From an uncultured Atopobiaceae bacterium (GTDB lineage Bacteria > Actinomycetota > Coriobacteriia > Coriobacteriales > Atopobiaceae), in the NCBI GenBank assembly GCA_944321385.1, contig CALULC010000001.1, forward strand, positions 1 to 57,307: DNA of 57,307 nt, given 5' to 3'. Both the position numbers and the translations under genes were made by a program. Below, piece by piece: positions 47,278 through 56,216 of the stretch (the first letter of the stretch is position 1; every line of letters begins with the position of its first letter). The notes beneath the pieces were generated by a model. It searched no databases. It was given only the letters and a program-made list of their open reading frames with translations, and was not told where the DNA came from.

Positions 47278-47425
47278 GCGTGTGTCCGCCCACGATGGCG
47301 CCGCCGCCCCTCGCCGATTCGTTGTCCCAGAACGGCCCGTGCCGCGAGGGCTAGGTCGTATCATCTTTCAGATTCCGGATAGGTTTCTGTGTCGCGTGTG
47401 AGCGCGGTCAAGGAATGGGGGATAG

Positions 47426-50400
47426 ATGAGCAAGTTTGGATGGTCGAGGCGTGCCACGCACGTGCTCGTCGCCGGGGCCCTTGCGGGGGCGGCGGTCCTT
47501 GGCGTGGCGGCGCCGGCGATCGCGAACGCCGCAACGCCCGTCACGGCGCAGGCCCAGTACACGAGCGAGGAGGCCCGCACGCTGGTCAACCCCGTCGTGC
47601 AGTCCTACGAGGTCGACCCCGCCGGCGAGGCCTGGAGCTTCTCCGCGGCAACGCGCCTCATGATCGAGGCCTCTGACGCCAACGTGGCAAACGAGCGCTT
47701 GGCCGAGGTCGTCAAGCTCGTGAACGCCGAGTTCGCCGACAAGAACATCGTCTCGAGCACTCCCTTTGGCATGGTCTACGGCCTCTCCGAGGACGCCGCC
47801 GCCACCGACGTCACGGTGGACATCGTCCCCGTGGCGGAGATCACGAACCAGTCCGAGAGCGGCGAGGCCTACAAGATCGAGATCTCCGCGGACGGCGTGC
47901 ACGTGTACGCCGCGAGCGAGAACGCCGCCATGTACGCGCTGCGCACGCTCGAGTGCCTGGCCCAGACCACCGACAACGCACTGCCCTGCGGCACCATCGT
48001 CGACTGGCCCGACCTCGAGGAGCGCCGCCTCTTTGTTGACTGCGGCCGCAAGTACATCTCCAAGGACTGGTTCATCCGCCAGATCCACGAGATGAGCTAC
48101 ATGAAGCTCAACACACTCGACATGCACTTCTCCGAGAACCTCGGCTTCCGCATCGAGTGCGAGACCGACCCCGCCATCGTCTCCGACGAGTACCTCACCA
48201 AGGCGGAGGTGCTGGAGATCCTGGAGGAGGCTCGCCTCTACGGCATCAACGTCATCCCGTCCATCGACTCACCGGGCCACGTCGACCAGATCCTGCGCGC
48301 CCACCCTGAGTACGGCCAGATCGCCAACGACGGCGAGACGCACTACGCCTCCGGCCTGGACGTCACCAACGAGGAGGCCGTGGCGTACATGTACTCCATC
48401 TACAAGGAGTACATCGACCTCTTCAAGCAGGGCGGTGCCACCACGGACATCTCCATCGGCTGCGACGAGTACATGGAGTTCGACCGCGCGCCGTTCACCA
48501 CCATGTACCAGTCCGTCCTCACCGACTGGGCGCACGAGAACCTCGGCCCCAACTACAACTGGACCGACACGCTGGCCACCTACATCAACAACCTCGCGAA
48601 GTACTGCCGCAAGAACGGCCTCGAGCCGCGCGTCTTCAACGACGGTCTCTACTACGGCGAGGGCAGCTCCGTCCAGCAGAAGGTGGAGATCGACCCCACG
48701 ATCGGCGTTGACTTCTGGTCCCAGATGTCCTGGAACCGCAGCATTGCCAACCTGCGGGACCTGCTGAACCGCGGCATGGAGGTCATCTACAACTTCAACG
48801 CCAACTACGGCTACTTCGTCCTGCGCAACGACTCCCGCGGCGCCTCCTTCGACTACGACAACAACCTCGAGATGTGGTTCAACGACTGGACGCCCGGCAC
48901 CTTCCAGGACAACCAGAACATTGGCGTGCTCGCCGATGACGACCCGCGCATCAAGGGCACCGCGATCGCCATCTGGTGCGACTACCCCGACGTTGCCACC
49001 GAGGACGAGATCACGGAGGGCATCGCGGACAGCCTGCGCGCCATGGCAACTCGCAGCTGGAACGTGGACTCCAACGAGGACATGACGCTCGACGAGTTCA
49101 TGGACATGACCGAGGTCCTCGGCCACGCCGCCGCCTGGGACAAGGGCGAGAAGCTCGACGACCCCGGTGAGATCCTGCCCGCCGAGAACGTGGGCAAGGT
49201 CACGGTCAACTACGTTGACGAGGCGGGCAACGCCGTCGCGGACAGCACGGTGAGCTACGGCGTGATCGGCAGCGACTACGAGGTTGCCGCCATCGACGTC
49301 TACGGCTATCGCCTCGTGAGCGAGGATGCCAACGCGAGCGGCACCTTTGCCAAGGAGGACGCCGAGGTCACCTTCGTCTACGAGCTCTACACCGACAAGA
49401 CCGATCTTCTCGCCGCGCTTGACGGCGCCGTTGCCGCCGAGGACGCCATCGACGAGACCTATGCCGCGTACGGCGAGGCCCTCGCGGCAGCCCAGGCGGT
49501 TGCCGAGAAGGGCGACGCCACGCAGCGCGAGGTTGACGACGCGCTCGCCGCGCTCGAGGGCGCCCACGCCAACGTGGTGCTTCTCGACAATCTGGCGCTC
49601 TTTGCCGAGGTGACGCACCCGCTGCCCGAGAGCGGCTACGTCTCTGGCTACGACGCCTACGAGCAGGCGCTCGACGCCGCGCGCGAGCTCATCGCCAACG
49701 CCGGCGCCCCCACGGCCGAGGAGCGCGCCACCGCGCTCGCGGCCATCCGCGACGCCAAGGACGGCCTCACCAAGCAGACCTCCACGACGCCCACCGTCAC
49801 GGCAACGGATGAGTGGTATGCCTACGACGGCGGCTATCCGTACGCCAACATGCTCGACGGCAATTCCAACACCAAGTGCTGGTTCAACCAGAACCAGGAG
49901 GTGGGCAAGGAGGTTGTCTTCACCTTCCCCGAGCAGGTGATGATGAGCGCTGTGAGCATTCAGCAGCCTGCCAACGTGGGCGCGGATGTCATCGATGGCG
50001 CGGACGTCCAGGTTGCCGGCGCGGACGGCGAGTGGGTCACCGTGGGCTCCATGGACTCGAGCGAGCTCGACTGGACCTTCGAGTTTGAGGAGCGGGCCGT
50101 CTCCATGGTGCGCATCCTGATTACCGCCGACAAGCCCAACTGGTACCAGATCAGCGAGGTCACCTTTGCCGCCTCTCCGATGGAGGAGGACACCGAGCTC
50201 GCCGACCTCATCGCAAAGGCCGAGGACCTCTCGCTCGAGGGCAAGGGCTCGGACGTGCTCAAGCAGCTCGCGTCTGCGCTGCTCGATGCGCAGGAGGCGT
50301 ACGTCTCCGGCGCCACGGACACGACCGCCGTCACCAATGCGCTGAACGCTGCCATCGAGGCCGTTGAGAGCTACGTTCCGCCCGTGGTCGAGAAGGGCGC

Positions 50401-50953
50401 GCTGCAGAACGCCGTCGCCGAGGCCAAGGACCTTGCCGAGAAGGACTACACCGCCGAGAGCTGGGCTCCCTTTGCCGCGGCACTCGCCGATGCCGAGGCC
50501 GTCCTCGCTGACGAGGGCGCCACGCAGGAGCAGGTCGACGGGGCTCTTGCCGCACTGACGACGGCCAAGGACAACCTCGTGCTCGATGAGGAGCCCACGC
50601 CTGACCCGGATCCCGATCCCGACCCGGATCCGGGCGTCGACCCTGACCCCGATCCGGAGCCCGGGACCGACCCGGACGAGCCCGGCACCGACGAGCCCGG
50701 CACCGACCCTGATCAGCCCGGCGACGCCACCGACCCGGACGACCAGAAGCCCGGCGACACCACCAAGCCCGGCACGTCCGGCTCGCAGGGCGGCTCCGGA
50801 ACCCAGGGCAGCGCCGGCGCTGGCTCCGGCCAGACCTCCGGGATCCCCGCGACGGGCGATCCGTCGGCGCTTCTCGCCATGGCGGCGACCGGAGCCTCCG
50901 CGGCAGCGGTCCTTGCCGGCGGTGTGATCGTCAACCGCAGGTCGAGGAAGTAG
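47426..50953 (+). CDS. Cell-wall-anchored GH20 beta-N-acetylhexosaminidase / lacto-N-biosidase-like protein with MucBP-like, FIVAR-like and F5/8 (CBM32-like) modules
   Basis: Signal peptide, DCGRKY, DSPGH, catalytic GCDEY, IWCDYP, VTVNYVDEAGN, NMLDGNSNTKCW, DYTAESW, DP repeats, then IPATGD + TM + RRSRK. Confidence 0.88.
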   Translation: MSKFGWSRRATHVLVAGALAGAAVLGVAAPAIANAATPVTAQAQYTSEEARTLVNPVVQSYEVDPAGEAWSFSAATRLMIEASDANVANERLAEVVKLVNAEFADKNIVSSTPFGMVYGLSEDAAATDVTVDIVPVAEITNQSESGEAYKIEISADGVHVYAASENAAMYALRTLECLAQTTDNALPCGTIVDWPDLEERRLFVDCGRKYISKDWFIRQIHEMSYMKLNTLDMHFSENLGFRIECETDPAIVSDEYLTKAEVLEILEEARLYGINVIPSIDSPGHVDQILRAHPEYGQIANDGETHYASGLDVTNEEAVAYMYSIYKEYIDLFKQGGATTDISIGCDEYMEFDRAPFTTMYQSVLTDWAHENLGPNYNWTDTLATYINNLAKYCRKNGLEPRVFNDGLYYGEGSSVQQKVEIDPTIGVDFWSQMSWNRSIANLRDLLNRGMEVIYNFNANYGYFVLRNDSRGASFDYDNNLEMWFNDWTPGTFQDNQNIGVLADDDPRIKGTAIAIWCDYPDVATEDEITEGIADSLRAMATRSWNVDSNEDMTLDEFMDMTEVLGHAAAWDKGEKLDDPGEILPAENVGKVTVNYVDEAGNAVADSTVSYGVIGSDYEVAAIDVYGYRLVSEDANASGTFAKEDAEVTFVYELYTDKTDLLAALDGAVAAEDAIDETYAAYGEALAAAQAVAEKGDATQREVDDALAALEGAHANVVLLDNLALFAEVTHPLPESGYVSGYDAYEQALDAARELIANAGAPTAEERATALAAIRDAKDGLTKQTSTTPTVTATDEWYAYDGGYPYANMLDGNSNTKCWFNQNQEVGKEVVFTFPEQVMMSAVSIQQPANVGADVIDGADVQVAGADGEWVTVGSMDSSELDWTFEFEERAVSMVRILITADKPNWYQISEVTFAASPMEEDTELADLIAKAEDLSLEGKGSDVLKQLASALLDAQEAYVSGATDTTAVTNALNAAIEAVESYVPPVVEKGALQNAVAEAKDLAEKDYTAESWAPFAAALADAEAVLADEGATQEQVDGALAALTTAKDNLVLDEEPTPDPDPDPDPDPGVDPDPDPEPGTDPDEPGTDEPGTDPDQPGDATDPDDQKPGDTTKPGTSGSQGGSGTQGSAGAGSGQTSGIPATGDPSALLAMAATGASAAAVLAGGVIVNRRSRK

Positions 50954-50972
50954 CTCCAACACGCAGATCTTG

Positions 50973-51012
50973 GGCGGGTCCCGCGAAATGTTTGCGGGGC
51001 CCGCCTCTCGTT
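50973..51012 (+). terminator. Probable terminator hairpin
   Basis: ggcgggtcccgcgaa-atg-tttgcggggcccgcc followed by tctcgttt. Confidence 0.6.
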
Positions 51013-51110
51013 TACTGCGGGAATCGCGACGACGCGATCCCGGTAACGTCCCGCTTACGATAGAATGCGCTTCTCGCGGTATCATATGGGGAGCAACGAG
51101 GGGAGGCAGC

Positions 51111-51809
51111 ATGGCTGCAAGCGCCGACGTGGACAAGCACATTCGCGGTGTGGCCGTCTTTGACTTTGACGGCACGCTGATTGATGGCCAGTCCGGCACG
51201 CTCTTCACGCGCTATCTGCGCAGCAACGGCATGATGTCTCCGGGGAGCTTTGTCAGGCTCGCCTGGTGGGGCATCCGCTACAAGCTGCACTTCCCATTCA
51301 AGCAGGAGGAGGCGCGCGAGCTCGTCTTTGGAGCCCTGCGCGGCCGCGGCTCGGACGAGGTCGACGCCCTCATGGGCCGCTTCCACGACGAGGTGCTCGC
51401 GCCCCGCTATCGCCCGCTCGCGCTGGCGGAGGTGCGGGGGTGCCACGAGAAGGGGCTCGTTGTCCTTCTCGTCTCTGCGACCTTTGCGCCCATAGCCCGT
51501 CTTGCCGCGGAGCGCATTGGGGCGGACGGCTTTGTTGCCACCGAGATGGAGCGAGACGCGAGCGGCGCGTACACGGGGCGCGTCGACGGCCCCGTCGTCG
51601 CGGGCGACGAGAAGTGCCACGCGGTCACGGCCTGGTGCAACGCGCACCTGGGGCCTGGCGCCTGGAGGCTCGAGCGCGCCTACGCCGATCATCACACAGA
51701 CGCCGACCTGCTTGAGATTGCGGACAGCGCGTACGCGGTCTGCCCGGGCAAGACGTTGGCCATCAGCGCGCGAAAGCATGGCTGGCCGGTTCTTGACTGG
51801 GGCGCGTAG
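51111..51809 (+). CDS. HAD-IB family hydrolase
   Basis: FDFDGTL, LVSAT, GDEK and YADHHTD motifs. Confidence 0.88.
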   Translation: MAASADVDKHIRGVAVFDFDGTLIDGQSGTLFTRYLRSNGMMSPGSFVRLAWWGIRYKLHFPFKQEEARELVFGALRGRGSDEVDALMGRFHDEVLAPRYRPLALAEVRGCHEKGLVVLLVSATFAPIARLAAERIGADGFVATEMERDASGAYTGRVDGPVVAGDEKCHAVTAWCNAHLGPGAWRLERAYADHHTDADLLEIADSAYAVCPGKTLAISARKHGWPVLDWGA

Positions 51810-51833
51810 CCCCGGGCCGGCTGGGAGGAGACC

Positions 51834-52331
51834 ATGGACATATCAAAGAGAACCGATTACGCCCTGCGCATGATTGCGGGGCTGGTTGAGAACCCCGAGG
51901 GCATCGTATCCGTGCGCACCGTGGCAAAGGAGGGGGAGATCCCCTACTCCTTTGCGCGCTCCATCCAGCATGACCTTGCCCTCGCGGGAATCGTGAGCAA
52001 CGTCCGCGGCGCAAACGGCGGCATGCGCCTTGCGGTGGACCCGCGAGAGACCACGTTGCTGCAGCTCATGGAGGCGGTGCAGGGGCCGGTCGTGCTCTCC
52101 GACTGCCTCAACGTGGACGGAAACGACACGCCGTGCCCCAACTGTGACCAATGCCGCTTCAGGCCGGTCTGGTGCTCTGCCGAGAAGCTCCTGCGGGACC
52201 TGTTCTCCACGGTGACGCTGCACCAGCTTGTTGTTGAGGGGCTAACGCCGGTCTATCGGGGGTCGTTCGCCCTCGCCGGCAAGGGCGAGACGGCCGCGAC
52301 GACGGATGCGGGCGATGCACAGCATGACTGA
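51834..52331 (+). CDS. Rrf2 family transcriptional regulator
   Basis: TDYALR, RGANGG and EAVQGP, with three C-terminal Cys (CL...C...C). Confidence 0.9.
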   Translation: MDISKRTDYALRMIAGLVENPEGIVSVRTVAKEGEIPYSFARSIQHDLALAGIVSNVRGANGGMRLAVDPRETTLLQLMEAVQGPVVLSDCLNVDGNDTPCPNCDQCRFRPVWCSAEKLLRDLFSTVTLHQLVVEGLTPVYRGSFALAGKGETAATTDAGDAQHD

Positions 52332-53193
52332 TCCCGAGCGCCTGGCGGCATTTCGCTCGCTGGTCCTCGAGCGCGGGCGCGAGCTCTACCGCGACCTCCC
52401 GTGGCGCCGCACGCGCGACCCCTATGCCGTCTGGATCTCCGAGGTCATGCTCCAGCAGACGCAGACCTCGCGCGTGGACGGGCGCTGGCAGCGCTGGCTG
52501 GAGCGCTTTCCCACGCCCGCAGCGCTCGCGGCGGCGCAGCCCGCGGACGTCCTCGAGGAGTGGCAGGGCCTTGGCTACAATCGGCGTGCGCTCGCGCTGC
52601 ACCGGGCGGCGCAGGCGGTGGCCGCGCTCGGCGGGGAGCTTCCGGCAGAGACGGCGGCCCTCGAGGCGCTTCCCGGCGTGGGGCCGGCTACGGCTGCCGG
52701 CATCCGCGCCTTTGCGTTTGACCTGCCCTCGGTTTACCTGGAGACCAACGTGCGCACCGTGCTTCTCCACGAGCTCTTCCCGGGGGAGGAGGGCGTGAGC
52801 GACCGCGCGCTCGTGCCGATCCTGCGCGACACGTGCCCCGCGGACGCAAGCGACCCCGCCGACGACCCGCGCACCTGGTACTACGCGCTGCTCGACTACG
52901 GCGCCTACCTCAAGCGCACGCTTCCCAACCCGTCGCGCCGCTCCGCCTCGCACACGCGCCAGTCGCGCTTTGAGGGCTCTCATCGCCAGAAGCGCGCCGA
53001 GCTGCTGCGCGTTCTTCTCGCCCATCGAGGGGAGTCCGCCGGCGTGCCCTTTGACACCATTTTCGGGGAGCTCGCAAGCGTGGAGGAGAAAGCGGGTAGA
53101 AGGGCGATAAGCGCCGACGAGGCGAGGGCCCTTCTCGACGAGCTCTCTGGGGAGGGGTTCTGTCGTCTCGATGGTGGCGGCTGGGTTGTCTAG
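52324..53193 (+). CDS. mutY: A/G-specific adenine glycosylase (MutY-like, lacking the Fe-S cluster motif)
   Basis: [28 protein letters not shown] and Hh[10 protein letters not shown]. Confidence 0.8.
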   Translation: MTDPERLAAFRSLVLERGRELYRDLPWRRTRDPYAVWISEVMLQQTQTSRVDGRWQRWLERFPTPAALAAAQPADVLEEWQGLGYNRRALALHRAAQAVAALGGELPAETAALEALPGVGPATAAGIRAFAFDLPSVYLETNVRTVLLHELFPGEEGVSDRALVPILRDTCPADASDPADDPRTWYYALLDYGAYLKRTLPNPSRRSASHTRQSRFEGSHRQKRAELLRVLLAHRGESAGVPFDTIFGELASVEEKAGRRAISADEARALLDELSGEGFCRLDGGGWVV

Positions 53194-53269
53194 CCGCGTG
53201 TTGTCCAGGACGCCGAAAGACGGTTTCGGCGTGAGAAGGCCCCTTTGCGGGGCGGGAGAGGAGCTTCCA

Positions 53270-53815
53270 ATGGCCGTTGACTTTGAGAACTCGCAGACGA
53301 AGAAGAACCTCGAGGCTGCCTTCGCCGGCGAGTCCCAGGCGACCAACAAGTACGCCTACTACGCGAGCAAGGCCAAGAAGGAGGGCTACGAGCAGATCTC
53401 CGCGATCTTCACCGAGACCTCCGGCAACGAGAAGGAGCACGCCAAGCTCTGGTTCAAGTACCTCCACGGCGGCGAGGTGCCCGACACCCTGACCAACATC
53501 AAGGACGCCGCGGCGGGCGAGAACTACGAGTGGACCGACATGTACAAGGGCTTTGCCGAGACGGCCGAGGCCGAGGGCTTCACCGAGATCGCGGCCAAGT
53601 TCCGCATGGTCGGCGAGGTGGAGAAGCACCACGAGGAGCGCTACCTCAAGCTTGCCGAGCGCGTTGAGAAGGGCGAGGTCTTTGCCCGCGAGGGCGTCAA
53701 GGTGTGGAAGTGCCGCAACTGCGGTCACCTGCACGTGGGCGCCGAGGCCCCCGAGGTCTGCCCGGTCTGCAACCACCCCAAGGCCTACTTCGAGGAGCAG
53801 GCGATCAACTACTAG
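53270..53815 (+). CDS. rbr: Rubrerythrin
   Basis: [25 protein letters not shown] and rubredoxin CRNCG...CPVC. Confidence 0.94.
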   Translation: MAVDFENSQTKKNLEAAFAGESQATNKYAYYASKAKKEGYEQISAIFTETSGNEKEHAKLWFKYLHGGEVPDTLTNIKDAAAGENYEWTDMYKGFAETAEAEGFTEIAAKFRMVGEVEKHHEERYLKLAERVEKGEVFAREGVKVWKCRNCGHLHVGAEAPEVCPVCNHPKAYFEEQAINY

Positions 53816-53836
53816 GATTCGCCTCGTCGCGAGTTT

Positions 53837-53875
53837 GGCCCGTCGGCGCCTTCTCGGCCCCGGCGGGCCTCTTTT
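53837..53875 (+). terminator. Rho-independent terminator
   Basis: ggcccgtcgg...ccggcgggcc followed by tctttt. Confidence 0.7.
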
Positions 53876-53897
53876 GTATGACGCGCTGGGGCCTTGT

Positions 53898-54181
53898 GCT
53901 TAGGTTTGCCTTCCATTGGAGCCCCGAGGCCCGCCCGCGCTTAGGGAACGCCCCCGTTGGAGGCCGCTTCTCGCTGAGCGCTTAGACTTTGCTCCCGTCG
54001 GAGACCCAAAAAACTCGCGCGGCGAGAAGAACCCTCCAACGGCGACGTCCCCTAAGCGCATGTGCGCGCCAGCCCTCCAACGGCGGCGTTCCCTAAGCGC
54101 ACCCGCGAGCCGACCCTCCAACCGCGCCAATCTCTAAGCGCGCTCGCGCCGCAACCCTCCAACCGCGGCAACTCCTAAGCG
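53898..54181. repeat. 41-bp-period convergent array 3 (3 forward + 4 reverse units), downstream of the nuclease gene
   Basis: CTTA-N14-(T/C)GGAG-N18 x3, 30-bp centre ending ggcgagaagaacc, CTCCA-N14-TAAG x4. Confidence 0.92.
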
Positions 54182-54234
54182 CGTCGGCGTCCAAGGCACT
54201 TCTCGCCCACCCGTGAGTGGCCTTTGGCCCGCCC

Positions 54235-55350
54235 CTACTCCAGGCCGTACGCCTCCACGGGAACAAGCTCCTTCGCCCGTGCCATCTCGTCAGACGAGCC
54301 TGCCCGCAGCCTGCGCTCCAGCGCACGCTCGCGCCCGTTCCAGTGAACCCCGTCGATGTGCTCGAGCTCTTCGTAGAGCTGCTGGCGAAGGCACCTTCTC
54401 TTCTCCGCGGTCCTTCTCGTCATCCCGATTCGGGGGAGGGCGAGGTTCTGGCGTATCCGCGCGACGAGGCCGTCCATGTAGTCGAGGTCGTCGTACTGCT
54501 CGCGTCTCACTACGTACTCAGGTATGTCCCGCGCACGGAGCTCGTTGCTTCTATTGGCGTCCTGTGTGATGCGGGCGGGGAGGTCGTGATGTCTCCCGTT
54601 GTACTCAACGGCCACAATGCGGGCCGCGCCCGAGAGGGTGGCGTCACGCGGCCTTCCAACTAGGATGTCCGGCCTTCTGATCCCGGTGACGCCGGGATCA
54701 TAGATGCGCTCCACCACAACGGGTTCGTTCATCGCGAGCAGGCCAAGCCCGTACCCGCCAAGGCCTGGCCTCAGCGAGAGGCGCAGTGCCAGCTTGGTCT
54801 CGCGCGGAGAGCCCGACCGCACGCACGCCAGGGCCAGCGCATGACGAACCAACCCCGTTCCCGGCCGAGGCCCCAGCGCGTCGAGGTATGCGCGCAGTCG
54901 CTCCGGCGTGGTGAGGGGTTCGGAGCGCTCGAACATCCCGCCCTCGGCCTCGGGGCAGATCGCGTAGAGGCCCAGAAGCTCCGAGAGCAGACAAAGGAGC
55001 TCGAGCAGCGTGAGGGAGGGCGCCATCTGAACCGCCACCAGCTCGGGGGCGGAGCAGACCACGTGATCGGAGATCCTAATCGCTGATCCGGCGGGCAGCG
55101 GCGCCTGGGTGACGTGTGCGAACAGGCCGTTCGCCCGCGCTCCGGAATGTCCGGTGGAGACGATGACCTCGATCGGACGGCTCGGCTCGGCGGGAGGGAG
55201 CACGCGGAGGGCCGCCCGCCTGAGGCCCTTCTCGGCGGGCAGGGCCGTGGGGACGGGCGCGTCGCAGCGTCCTCCCTTAGCGAGGCGGTGCCGGAGGTCC
55301 CATCTTCTCAGCGCCTCGAGTGCCGTGGTATGTGAGAGAAATAGTCCCAT
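54235..55350 (-). CDS. DUF559/Vsr-like PD-(D/E)XK endonuclease-domain protein with an N-terminal putative DNA-binding region
   Basis: SHTTAL at the N-terminus, SGSPRETKL, GGYGL, and C-terminal RPDI...VAVEYNGRHH...QDANRSNEL. The ATG at 55350 has no RBS but lies 6 nt after TACGGT, consistent with a leaderless mRNA. Confidence 0.75.
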   Translation of the reverse strand: MGLFLSHTTALEALRRWDLRHRLAKGGRCDAPVPTALPAEKGLRRAALRVLPPAEPSRPIEVIVSTGHSGARANGLFAHVTQAPLPAGSAIRISDHVVCSAPELVAVQMAPSLTLLELLCLLSELLGLYAICPEAEGGMFERSEPLTTPERLRAYLDALGPRPGTGLVRHALALACVRSGSPRETKLALRLSLRPGLGGYGLGLLAMNEPVVVERIYDPGVTGIRRPDILVGRPRDATLSGAARIVAVEYNGRHHDLPARITQDANRSNELRARDIPEYVVRREQYDDLDYMDGLVARIRQNLALPRIGMTRRTAEKRRCLRQQLYEELEHIDGVHWNGRERALERRLRAGSSDEMARAKELVPVEAYGLE

Positions 55351-55627
55351 GACAAGACCGTATGCTCTTTGGCCGCGGGAGCTCGCGAGAACGGCAACTC
55401 TTGCCTTGTCAGGCTGACGGATGTTGGAGCCCAACTGCCAATAGGCGCGTTTTCCCAGAACAACGAAGTGACGAGAAGTTCGTTGATTATCAGCAATGTA
55501 ACCACATGCGTGCGTTTGCGGGGAAAGTCCCGCCGCTCGCGGCACGGCGACCCAACTTTGGGACGAGCGGGCGACGACTTGGGCGCAGGGGGTCGGCCGC
55601 GGATGCCCGGCGCCTCCTGTGGCCGAG

Positions 55628-56035
55628 CGCTTACGAAAGCCGACCGTTGGAGGGTGTTTCTCCGCGCGCCGCTTAGACTTTGCCCCCGTTGGAGGGCTCT
55701 TCTCGTACGCCGCTTAGACTTTGCCCCCGTTGGAGGGCCGGGGCCCATTCACGCTTAATTATGACCCCCGTTGGAGGGCCGAGAGGCTCGGATGGCGAGA
55801 AGAACCCTCCGATCGCGCCAACTCCTAAGCGCATCCGCGCCGCAGCCCTCCAGCGGCGGCGATCATTAAGCGCGCTCGAGAGCGCACCCTCCAACCGTGA
55901 CATTCCCTAAGCGCATCCGCGCCGAAGCCCTCCAACCGCGACATTTCCTAAGCGCATCCGCGCCGCAGCCCTCCAGCGGCGGCAACTCCTAAGCGCGCCA
56001 GAGCGGCGGTTCTCCGATCGCGGCATTCTCTAAGC
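55628..56035. repeat. 41-bp-period convergent array 4 (4 forward + 6 reverse units), upstream of the nuclease gene
   Basis: CTTA-N14-TGGAG x4 (one N19 linker), 30-bp centre ending ggcgagaagaacc, CTCC(A/G)-N14-TAAG-N18 x6. Confidence 0.92.
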
Positions 56036-56216
56036 CGTCGCTGTGAGAAGGCTCCCACGCCGCCGCTCTGCTCGCCGCCCCGTCGCGTACACTCACGGTT
56101 TTTTCGTGGACAGCAAGTTGACGAAACGCTCAAAATGAGAGTTGTTCTGCGTGCATGCTCTGTGCAGCGAAAGGGCCGCGCGAGAGGCGCGGTTCCAGAC
56201 CACCGAGGAGTGAGAC

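Noticed and set aside
50595-50770. DP/DEPGT repeats in the GH20 gene and the Q/G repeats at 4290-4470
   Set aside because: Ordinary low-complexity wall-spanning linkers before sortase anchors.
46955-50953. Integrative element at tRNA-Asp
   Set aside because: No integrase and no duplicated tRNA 3' end was found downstream in the window.
1211-51208. Very long antisense ORFs (1211-3982, 10001-12772, 34268-37633, 48269-51208, 15061-16878, 56130-57191 and others)
   Set aside because: These are shadow frames opposite well-supported genes. High GC3 codon bias removes antisense stops, and they have no recognisable motifs.
26983-56035. The 41-bp arrays as CRISPR arrays
   Set aside because: There is no identical 25-40-bp repeat, only two short boxes. 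Orientation inverts mid-array, variable parts resemble each other, and there is no leader or cas gene in the window.
53898-56035. Arrays plus gene as a TIGR-Tas or RAYT/REP system
   Set aside because: The resemblance is architectural only. I see no box C/D-like motifs, Nop domain or HUH/Tyr motif, so it is kept as an unassigned system.
27290-56133. Small ORFs overlapping the arrays (27290-27628, 30586-31077, 30731-31084, 53900-54137, 55673-55910, 55948-56133)
   Set aside because: The 41-bp period is not a multiple of 3, so the repeats are not protein-coding. These ORFs lack an RBS and host codon bias.
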